From an uncultured archaeon (GTDB lineage: Archaea; Iainarchaeota; Iainarchaeia; Iainarchaeales; JAAZKV01), in the NCBI GenBank assembly GCA_964551375.1, contig CAZKBG010000001.1, positions 300,001-332,000 of the forward strand: a stretch of 32,000 nt of DNA, read 5' to 3'. This document shows positions 15,031 to 22,880 of this stretch, in pieces (within the stretch, counting starts at the first letter, position 1; each line of letters begins with the position of its first letter). Below the pieces are notes generated by a model. The model did not search any database. It had not been told where the DNA came from and was given only the letters and a program-made list of their open reading frames with translations. Both the position numbers and the translations under genes were made by a program.

Positions 15031-15513
15031 ATGGGGAAATATCCTTCAAAAGTAGTATTGAATCATTACGGCAAAGCGCTTATTGCAAAAAAAACAATTC
15101 CTGCAGGGACTGTTGTCGAGAAATTTGAAGGAAAAGTAATTTCGTATAATGAAGTTCCACTCGATATGATATGCTATGCAATTTATGTTGGGGAAAACGG
15201 CGCTGATGAATGGGTTGTTTCCAAAACAAACGCAATTTATGCAAACCACTCCTGCGAGCCGAACTGCTCAATTGACGATGAGCTCAACATATTTACAACA
15301 AAAGAAGTGAAAAAAGGCGAGGAATTAAGTTACAGCTACAACCGCCTTGAAGAAGACGAAAATGAAAAAGATTATATTTGGGACAAGAGATGGAACTTTG
15401 AATGCAAATGCGGTTCGCCAGTTTGCCAGAAAAATGTTAACGGATATGTGAAGAAAAAGAAAGAAGTAGAATATGCAAAAATAACTACCCGCCTAAATGA
15501 CCGCTTGCATTAA
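15031..15513 (+). CDS. SET-domain protein lysine methyltransferase with Cys-rich post-SET motif
   Basis: 160 aa. It has the canonical ANHSCEPNC motif, KKGEELSYSY and a post-SET-like CKCGSPVCQ. A GGTGA ribosome-binding site lies 4 nt upstream of the ATG. Confidence 0.85.
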   Translation: MGKYPSKVVLNHYGKALIAKKTIPAGTVVEKFEGKVISYNEVPLDMICYAIYVGENGADEWVVSKTNAIYANHSCEPNCSIDDELNIFTTKEVKKGEELSYSYNRLEEDENEKDYIWDKRWNFECKCGSPVCQKNVNGYVKKKKEVEYAKITTRLNDRLH

Positions 15514-15685
15514 AATTTCCAAGTGAATTGATTAAAATCAACCCGAAGCACCACAATCCATTCTTTATTGCCGAACTGACCGATTTATTTTATATCATTG
15601 GGCATTGCTTGAAAATCACCTCCCTTTCCAACGCAGTCTCCACATTACCAAAAAGTATTTATCTATTACTTACCTTAGAAAACAA

Positions 15686-17782
15686 ATGAATAAACACGCT
15701 TTATTCGCATTTATGCTGGTTTTTTTAATTTTGTTGTTCAGCACAATTATCTTTGCGGAAAATTATGCCAACCCGAAAAAATTATCAAACGCTTATTTTG
15801 AAATTACTTATGACGACAGCGATTATGTGTTTGTTTACCCTTTCGAGCACTCAATTGACAGGACAATAAAAATAAAAAATCTAAAAAATGAACAGCAAAA
15901 TATTTACCTTAAACTATCAATTAGAATAAACGGCAAAGAAGAAGAAACCCCCGCCTGGCCGCAGCCGTACGACTCAAATTACCTGCCAAATGAAGAAAAA
16001 GAAATTTTTCTAAAACAAGAATGGTTTAATGAAATCATGGCTAACTGGAGTGCCGAAAATACATATAACTATGATTTTACAGCAAAAGCAATGATTAAAG
16101 ACCATCAAGAAACTTTATTAGAGTTAAAATTGCCAAACCAAGTAAGAGTCGCCGCACTCAGAAATAATCCAAACAGCTTTCCAACCAATTCAACAGTAAA
16201 AGGAACTGTTACTGATGAAATCACAAAACTACCAATAAAAGATGCTTTTGTAAAAGTACAGCCAAATTGGCCCCCAGTAAGTAATGAAACAAGAACAGAC
16301 CCTAAAGGCGGTTTTAGCCTTGATTTTCCTGCATACAAACAAAGATACTTGCAAAGCTGGGTTGAATACAGCATAACAATAAGCGCTGATGGTTACGAAG
16401 AATACCCAATTAGCGTTGCCCCAAAAGAGAATGAAACGATAAATCTTGAAATAAAACTCAAAAAGGAAACAGAAACCGCAAATTATTCTCTGAAAAGAAA
16501 ATATGATACTGGATTGCCAACGGCAAGAGTGGCATTCTCAAAAAATGGAAAATATTTTGCAACAGTCCCATTCCACAGCTCATTAAAAGCAAACGAAATA
16601 CAGCCAAAAGCATATTTGCATCTATTTGACACCAATGGGAATCTTGTATGCAAATACAAATTGGATAATGAAATCCCAACGGTGAGCATAACTGATGATG
16701 GCGGATTAATCGCAACAGCTCACAGACCAGTTACAGACAATTGGGATGGCGGGGATTATGTAATAGTAATTGACAACAACTGCAAAGAAGTCTGGAAATA
16801 TGAAGGACTTCGAGTTGATGGAAAAGGCCCAAGCGAAGTAGTCCTTTCAGGAGATGGAAAATATCTTGGAGTGGGCACGTGGGACGGAAGGTTTTATCTG
16901 GCCGACTTAATTCAGAAAAAAACTCTTTGGACTGCAAATTTACACAACGGCCAAGTGAGGTTTATGCTCTTTGATGAAGAAAAAGGGATTTACATTGGAT
17001 CCGACCCGAATTTGTTTTATTATTCAATTAATGGGGAATTCAAATGGAAAGTAAACATTGCCTCATGGCCGTACAGCATAGCTCTTTCAGAAAATTATTT
17101 ATTTGTAGGACCTAAAGTAGGAACACGGCTGACTCTAATTAATCGAAGCGATGGAAATATTTCCTGGACTTACCCAATTGCTGCGCGCCCCGACACAATG
17201 CTAATTTCTCCTGATGAAGAGTATTTTATTTACTCCTGCTCCAACGGAGACATGACAATAAATAATGCTTTTTTTAACAAGCAAGGAAAAATAATGTTTA
17301 ATCTTCGAACCGCAAACAGCGCTGCAATCACCCCTGATAGCGAGTATATTGCATATTATGGAGGCGGTTCAGTTCGCTTAATCACAAGAAGAGGAAATGA
17401 ACTGTGGCATGAACAGCTCGACCCAGAAAAATGGCCAGCTCCAAGGGGAGGGGTATTCATTTCGCAAGATAAAACAACAATAGGGGTTGCTGATGCAGTA
17501 AACGGATATGTTTATTTCTTTGAAGGAAAAATACAAAAAATTGATAAAACAATATTTCCTGAAAATAAAATACAAAAAATTGATACAACAACACCTCCTG
17601 AAAATAACTCTGCCCAAGAAGTAAATCAAGCCCCACCAAATAATAAAAGCCAAACACCACTTCAACATATTGAAAGCAGAACTGAAGAAAATACATCAAT
17701 TTACATAATCTTAGGACTTTTACTAATTTTAATAATTGCATTTGGAATTTACAAAATTAAAAAAAATTACGCTGAGTTGTAG
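15686..17782 (+). CDS. secreted, C-terminally membrane-anchored surface protein with carboxypeptidase-regulatory-like and beta-propeller-like repeats
   Basis: Signal peptide from the ATG at 15686 (MNKHALFAFMLVFLILLFSTIIFA). A TVKGTVTDE...KDAFV segment is followed by repeated SxDGxY...G..DG motifs. It ends in a Pro/Asn/Gln-rich stalk and a C-terminal TM helix (IYIILGLLLILIIAFGIY). Confidence 0.75.
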   Translation: MNKHALFAFMLVFLILLFSTIIFAENYANPKKLSNAYFEITYDDSDYVFVYPFEHSIDRTIKIKNLKNEQQNIYLKLSIRINGKEEETPAWPQPYDSNYLPNEEKEIFLKQEWFNEIMANWSAENTYNYDFTAKAMIKDHQETLLELKLPNQVRVAALRNNPNSFPTNSTVKGTVTDEITKLPIKDAFVKVQPNWPPVSNETRTDPKGGFSLDFPAYKQRYLQSWVEYSITISADGYEEYPISVAPKENETINLEIKLKKETETANYSLKRKYDTGLPTARVAFSKNGKYFATVPFHSSLKANEIQPKAYLHLFDTNGNLVCKYKLDNEIPTVSITDDGGLIATAHRPVTDNWDGGDYVIVIDNNCKEVWKYEGLRVDGKGPSEVVLSGDGKYLGVGTWDGRFYLADLIQKKTLWTANLHNGQVRFMLFDEEKGIYIGSDPNLFYYSINGEFKWKVNIASWPYSIALSENYLFVGPKVGTRLTLINRSDGNISWTYPIAARPDTMLISPDEEYFIYSCSNGDMTINNAFFNKQGKIMFNLRTANSAAITPDSEYIAYYGGGSVRLITRRGNELWHEQLDPEKWPAPRGGVFISQDKTTIGVADAVNGYVYFFEGKIQKIDKTIFPENKIQKIDTTTPPENNSAQEVNQAPPNNKSQTPLQHIESRTEENTSIYIILGLLLILIIAFGIYKIKKNYAEL
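17528..17605 (+). repeat. 2 x 39-bp in-frame tandem repeat (IQKIDxTxxPENx) in the stalk of the surface protein
   Basis: aaaatacaaaaaattgataaaacaatatttcctgaaaat is followed directly by aaaatacaaaaaattgatacaacaacacctcctgaaaat. Confidence 0.8.
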
Positions 17783-17844
17783 CGTAATAAGAAACTCCCT
17801 GGTAGAAAGCTTTGAGGGCAAACCAATTTTGCATGTAGCCAAAT

Positions 17845-18834
17845 TTAATCAGATACCTTAGTAGCAGTCCAACTAACAAACCTCGGACCGCAAAAGACAT
17901 ATTTACTAGCACCTGTTTGTGAGCTTGAAGATAAAGGCCCTGAGCCAACTGGATTCATAGCACCCCAAGTGTTGTTTGTCATAAAAGGATCTTGCGAAGT
18001 GTAAGGAATACTACTCAAATATTTTCCATCCGCGCTAACCGTATACCCAGTTGGTCCGCCAAAAGAAATTTCGGTAACATACTTGTTTTCGCTGGTTGGA
18101 ATATAAAAGATAAAACCATGTTTATTTAAAGGATCCAATCTTCGCCCATCCGGGTACTGACTACTAATATCAACAATCCCATAATTTTCTGGATCCGCAG
18201 AATCCCTCGGAAGCAAAGGCAAAATAGTTTCGGTGTACTTCAAATCATTACTATTCTCGGGCAATTCAGGAGTAACCCCACTTGCACCCGTACCAAAGTC
18301 AGGGTCATCTACCCAAAGATTTGAAACCCACACCGTGTGGTAATCCCAAAAAGTGAGCGATTTTGAATCACGAACAGGAGGAATAAAAGTTGCGCGCACA
18401 GTCAATTTTTTTGTAACTAAATCATTATCGGTTTCTTTACAATCCCTATTAGTGTGATAAGTATAAACCCCCACAAATTCATAAGTTCCAACATAAGGAT
18501 TTGTCTTTAATTGAGAACCGCAAGAATCACCAATACAACAAGCCTCGCCTTTTGGTTTGCAAAACATTCCGCAAAATACTTGCCCCTCTGGGCAATCATA
18601 GCAAGTCCCATTACCGCACCCAGTTGTGGGCTGCAAACAATAACCATTTACTGCCTCGGTCTCACAGCAAATCGCATTAGTTGGAATACAACCATCCCCG
18701 CACACCTGAAGAGAGGAAGGACACTTTGTGGTTTCACCACCCGTTTTAGTTACATTTTGATCCGTGCAACCAAATAAGAAAAAACTTAAAACAACACACA
18801 CAACAGCAAACAAAATAAAATTAGCCCGAAACAT
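17845..18834 (-). CDS. secreted or lipid-anchored Cys-rich protein
   Basis: 329 aa. It has a signal peptide with a lipobox-like FLFGC, then roughly 20 Cys within the following ~80 residues (CPSSLQVCGDGCIP...CCIGDSCG), then a beta-rich domain. Confidence 0.7.
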   Translation of the reverse strand: MFRANFILFAVVCVVLSFFLFGCTDQNVTKTGGETTKCPSSLQVCGDGCIPTNAICCETEAVNGYCLQPTTGCGNGTCYDCPEGQVFCGMFCKPKGEACCIGDSCGSQLKTNPYVGTYEFVGVYTYHTNRDCKETDNDLVTKKLTVRATFIPPVRDSKSLTFWDYHTVWVSNLWVDDPDFGTGASGVTPELPENSNDLKYTETILPLLPRDSADPENYGIVDISSQYPDGRRLDPLNKHGFIFYIPTSENKYVTEISFGGPTGYTVSADGKYLSSIPYTSQDPFMTNNTWGAMNPVGSGPLSSSSQTGASKYVFCGPRFVSWTATKVSD

Positions 18835-18911
18835 AACACACCATAAACGCTTTTAATGTATAAATAATTAACTAAACCTATTCAAAACAATTAGAACCAA
18901 CACCAAAAAAA

Positions 18912-18995
18912 CGCTGAGGACGAGATTTGAACTCGCGCTCCCTTTCGGGAAACGGATTAGCAATCCGCCGCATTTGACCACTCTGCCACCTCAGC
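18912..18995 (-). tRNA. tRNA-Ser (anticodon GCU)
   Basis: Manual cloverleaf: acceptor GCTGAGG/CCTCAGC, anticodon stem GCGGA/TCCGT, loop TTGCTAA, long variable arm (TTCCCGAAAGGGAGC), T-arm GCGAG-TTCAAAT-CTCGT, discriminator G. No encoded CCA. Confidence 0.9.
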
Positions 18996-19206
18996 ACAGC
19001 CTTGTTAAGGCTGGCGAAAGAACTTGTGCTGTCTTTGACAGCACAGAGAACTATTCAATATCACCAGCTATTTGTAAAGATACTTGCGTTCTAAAAAGAA
19101 TTGCATGTGGAAAGATTAAAAATAGTGCCTTTTTGGCATTTTATCGTTTTTGCAAATGATTAAAAAGCGAGTTTTCCTAATTTAACTAATAAACCAAGGT
19201 GGAGTT

Positions 19207-20754
19207 TTGTTTAAAGAAATTAATAAGTACCCAGCGCCCCTAAGGCGGTCAGTCCTTGAAGGGATGTTTACCGCAATAATGTCAGGCGGAGCGCTTGTAT
19301 TCATTGTGCCTTTTGCAGTATACCTTGGCGCAAACAGTCTTCAAGTCGGATTAATCAGCGCAGTGCCAGCGCTTCTTGCAGCATGGTTTCAATTAGGCTC
19401 GCTTAAACTTCTTGAATTTTACCAAAAGAGAAGCACAGTAGTAATATTTTCAGGAATAGTTCAGGCAATAAGCTGGCTCTTAATTGCAATTCTTCCTTTT
19501 GTCGCCCCAACTTCACAATTAAGCTGGTTTATTGCGCTCACAATAATTGGAACAGTAATAAGCTCAATTGCGCACCCATGGTGGCAGAGCTGGATGAGAA
19601 GCTTGACTCCAAAAGAAATTCTTGGAGAATATTTCGGGTTTAGAAATGCAATAATAGGATTTGTTGTATTTGCCACAACGATAATTTGCGGATTCATGCT
19701 TCAAGTAGCTGAACCAAGCTTCACGCTTTATGCATTCATAGGAATTTTTGCGCTTGGATTTATTGGAAAAATGGTATCAGCATATTTATCATCAGGCATA
19801 TACGAGCCGAAAATGGAATCAGATCCCGCAGAGAGAGTAAGCTTTTGGTTTTTTATTGAACAAATGAAGAAAAACAATTTCGGTAACTTCATGCTTTATG
19901 GAACGCTGATGACTTTTGCAATTGCAATTATTACTCCTTTCATTTCTCTTTATTTTTTAAAAGATTTGGGACTTGAGAACGATTACTTCTTTTACACTAT
20001 TTTAATCTCCGCCGCAACGCTTACTTCAATTGTTTCAATGCCATACTGGGGAAAAATAATTGACAAGCACGGGACTATAAGGCTCCTTGCGGCAACAGGA
20101 TTTTTGGCATGCTTCTACCCTGTATTTTTGATATTCATCAGGGACCCTGTTTTATTAATTGCCCTTCAGCTTTTTGACGGAGTGGCATTCAGCGGATTTT
20201 TGCTGGCATTATATAATTTTATTTACGACTCATTTGAACCGAAAAAGCTTATTTACTACTCTGCATTTCAGTTAATATTATTCGGCACTGCAACTTTCTT
20301 TGGAACGCTCGTTGGAGGATATTTACTAATGTTCCCTCTGCCAACCCTGCTTGGCGCGCTTTCACTCGGATACGCCCCAGCATCTGCTGCCCTCTCATCC
20401 GTATTTACCATTCCTTTCTTTGTAATATGCGCATTATCGTTTGTAATAAGAATTGTGGTTTACTTTGCGCTAATCTGGCAGATAAAAGATGTCAGAGACA
20501 CAAAGTATATTTCTCAAAGACAGCTTGTTATTAGCGTGTTAACATTTCAGCCAATTAGAGAATCGCTCTATCAAAATTTTTCATTAATGCTTGCAGGCGG
20601 GGTAAAGACAGTGGCAGTTGTTGAAGACGAGCTTGAAAGAGCGGAGAAATTTGCGTTTAATAAAATAAGGACTGCGAAAAAAGTCACTAAAAAGACAGTG
20701 ACAAATGTTGAGAAAGTTATTCAGAAAAAAAGAAAAGACAGAGGATTTATTTAA
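19207..20754 (+). CDS. MFS-type transporter with basic C-terminal extension
   Basis: 515 aa with about 12 TM helices in a 6+6 arrangement and a Lys-rich cytoplasmic tail. The start is TTG at 19207; an alternative ATG lies at 19264. Confidence 0.75.
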   Translation: MFKEINKYPAPLRRSVLEGMFTAIMSGGALVFIVPFAVYLGANSLQVGLISAVPALLAAWFQLGSLKLLEFYQKRSTVVIFSGIVQAISWLLIAILPFVAPTSQLSWFIALTIIGTVISSIAHPWWQSWMRSLTPKEILGEYFGFRNAIIGFVVFATTIICGFMLQVAEPSFTLYAFIGIFALGFIGKMVSAYLSSGIYEPKMESDPAERVSFWFFIEQMKKNNFGNFMLYGTLMTFAIAIITPFISLYFLKDLGLENDYFFYTILISAATLTSIVSMPYWGKIIDKHGTIRLLAATGFLACFYPVFLIFIRDPVLLIALQLFDGVAFSGFLLALYNFIYDSFEPKKLIYYSAFQLILFGTATFFGTLVGGYLLMFPLPTLLGALSLGYAPASAALSSVFTIPFFVICALSFVIRIVVYFALIWQIKDVRDTKYISQRQLVISVLTFQPIRESLYQNFSLMLAGGVKTVAVVEDELERAEKFAFNKIRTAKKVTKKTVTNVEKVIQKKRKDRGFI

Positions 20755-20802
20755 TCCCCATTAATTTCAAATACTTTTTTTAAAATCTATTTATTGTTAA
20801 AC

Positions 20803-21183
20803 TTAGGGCAAAAAGGATAATTTCAACTTAAATCCTTGGCTTGCTTTAGCAGTAACAACAGTTCCAGATATTGGCTTTCTTCCTTCAGTGAAAACATGCA
20901 ATGCCCCCCACAAATCCCCTGCGGAGATTTTAAAATGCCCCGAAGAACGCATGATTTTCAAATTTGAAAAATCAATTTTCTTGAACCTGCTTCCTTCCAT
21001 TGCATTTACTGTGGCAGTAGTAAGAGAGCCTTCAGCGTCAACTACATCGCATTCCTTGACATTATTTTGTCCCATCCCTTCCTTTATGCAGGAAAGAACA
21101 TCGTCCCCCTCTTCAAACTCCAAAGTCAAATACTTCTTCTTTAGAGGTTCCTTTATTACCATTGAATCAATATATTTAGGCAT
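20803..21183 (-). CDS. PPC/DUF296-domain protein
   Basis: 126 aa. The pattern L.LEFEEGDDVLSCI...(G)SL..A......G......F....I.S.SG.....G...GALHV resembles the plants-and-prokaryotes-conserved (DUF296) domain. Confidence 0.5.
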   Translation of the reverse strand: MPKYIDSMVIKEPLKKKYLTLEFEEGDDVLSCIKEGMGQNNVKECDVVDAEGSLTTATVNAMEGSRFKKIDFSNLKIMRSSGHFKISAGDLWGALHVFTEGRKPISGTVVTAKASQGFKLKLSFLP

Positions 21184-21227
21184 AGCACCACCGATTTCGC
21201 TTTGATGGAATTAAGATGACAGAATTT

Positions 21228-22136
21228 TTAAGGGTATGGATTAAGGGCAAGTTCCTGTTGATTTAGGCTCTTTAATGCATTTTCCACAACTTTTCGGCTT
21301 TCAGCTGAAAGCTCGCACAGCGGGAGTCGGTATGCTTCCGCGCACATCCCTTTCATAGCAAGCATTGCCTTTATTGGAATAGGATTAGTTTCAATAAATG
21401 TGGCTGAAAATAATGGAGAAAGACGCGCATGTATTTCTTCAGCATTTAAATAATCCTTATTCAAAGCTCTTTTTACCAAAAATACTATTTTTTCCGGAAC
21501 AATATTGCTTGCAACGCTGATTACCCCATGACCTCCTGATTTAATCACTTCAAGAGTAAGCGCATCATCGCCGCTTAAGACAAAAAATCCTTGCGGGGCG
21601 CTTCTAATAACTTCTCTAATTTGATTCAAATCACCGCTCGCTTCTTTAACTCCAACAATATTTGGGCAAGTATTTGCAAGTTCTAAGAGCGTGCTTGTTT
21701 CAATATTCACCCCAGTTCTTGATTTTATATTATAAATAATAATTGGAATGCTTACTGAATCTGCAACTGCTTTGAAATGTTTAAATAATCCTTTTTGAGT
21801 CGGCTTATTATAATACGGGCTTACAACTAATGCCGCATCCGCTCCGACACTTTCAGCATACTTTGTCAGCTCAATTGTTTTTGCGGTAGAATTTGTTCCC
21901 GTGCCTGCTATTACTTTACAAACGCCATTTGCATGCTTTACGCTGAAACGAATTATTTCTTTTTGCTCGCTCTCGCTTAAAGTCGGAGCTTCGCCAGTTG
22001 TTCCGCAAGGAACAATTCCATTAACTCCTGCGCCAAGCTGCGCATCAATTAACCACCCAAGCGCGGTGTAATCAATGCTTCCGTTCATTGAAAACGGCGT
22101 AACTAATGCTGTAAACACTCCCCTATATCCTTCCAA
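21228..22136 (-). CDS. dapA: 4-hydroxy-tetrahydrodipicolinate synthase
   Basis: Motifs GTTGEAPTLS, SPYYNKP, IYNIKSRTG (substrate Arg) and the Schiff-base Lys in VGVKEASGD. The start is TTG, preceded by an AAGGGGGT ribosome-binding site. Confidence 0.85.
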   Translation of the reverse strand: MEGYRGVFTALVTPFSMNGSIDYTALGWLIDAQLGAGVNGIVPCGTTGEAPTLSESEQKEIIRFSVKHANGVCKVIAGTGTNSTAKTIELTKYAESVGADAALVVSPYYNKPTQKGLFKHFKAVADSVSIPIIIYNIKSRTGVNIETSTLLELANTCPNIVGVKEASGDLNQIREVIRSAPQGFFVLSGDDALTLEVIKSGGHGVISVASNIVPEKIVFLVKRALNKDYLNAEEIHARLSPLFSATFIETNPIPIKAMLAMKGMCAEAYRLPLCELSAESRKVVENALKSLNQQELALNPYP

Positions 22137-22221
22137 AAAACAACCCCCTTATTCACAGAATTAATACAAACACATCATCAAAACAATGCCTTGTCAATTT
22201 CGTATTAATTTTGCATTTTTA

Positions 22222-22250
22222 TTGCGTAAATTATACTAATAATTACGCAA
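22222..22250. promoter_or_regulatory. perfect inverted repeat TTGCGTAA-N13-TTACGCAA (candidate Lrp-type operator upstream of dapA)
   Basis: Seen directly. A second palindrome ATACGA-TAT-TCGTAT lies at 22294-22308 in the same 265-bp AT-rich spacer. Confidence 0.4.
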
Positions 22251-22401
22251 CAAGTAATAATCAGCTAAACTTATTATAAATGCGTAGTATTAAATACGAT
22301 ATTCGTATATTAAGAATTATTTTAGTAAAAAAGCAGTAGTTTTTAGGAGAACAAAAAAAATTAAAGAATTAAAAAATTAGAACAAGCCTTGCGAGATTAA
22401 A

Positions 22402-22809
22402 TCAATAATCCTTAAGCACAGGGAAAGTTTCAGTCTGAATTACACCGTCAATTGCCCTGATTTCTTCAAGAACCAAATTCAACTTGTTAAAATCATCTGC
22501 AGCAATAATTGCAACAATAGTAAATCTGCCAGTAACTTCATACACTTTTGCCACGCCAAGCTTTTTTATTTTTTCAGAAATTTTTTGGGTGGGAACGCTT
22601 GAAGAAGTAATGATTTCAACAATTGCAGTTGTAGAAGTCGCAAGCTCAAGAGTGAATTTTTTGATTATATTATTTTTCAAAAGCTTTGCAACCCTCTGCC
22701 GAATTGTCCCTTCAGAAACGTCAAGCTCTTTTGCAATTGAAAGAAAAGGAGTCCTTGCGTCATTTGAAAGCTTTTTTATAATTGCATTATCGATATTATC
22801 TAACCTCAC
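22402..22809 (-). CDS. Lrp/AsnC family transcriptional regulator
   Basis: 135 aa. An N-terminal HTH (LDNIDNAIIKKLSNDARTPFLSIAKELDVSEGTIRQRV) is followed by a RAM/ACT-like C-terminal domain. The start is GTG. Confidence 0.9.
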   Translation of the reverse strand: MRLDNIDNAIIKKLSNDARTPFLSIAKELDVSEGTIRQRVAKLLKNNIIKKFTLELATSTTAIVEIITSSSVPTQKISEKIKKLGVAKVYEVTGRFTIVAIIAADDFNKLNLVLEEIRAIDGVIQTETFPVLKDY

Positions 22810-22880
22810 AACAAAACCCCCCTTTCACAAATCAATTCCAATATCTATTCAGTTCCCAAAAATTTACTTACTTTTTAACT

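Noticed and set aside
12232-18995. Whether the segment between tRNA-Leu and tRNA-Ser is an integrated mobile element.
   Set aside because: No integrase, transposase or phage genes are present, and I could not find a direct repeat of either tRNA 3' end.
18974-19159. 61-aa plus-strand ORF.
   Set aside because: It starts inside tRNA-Ser on the opposite strand and spans the hairpin region. It has no ribosome-binding site and no coding-like composition.
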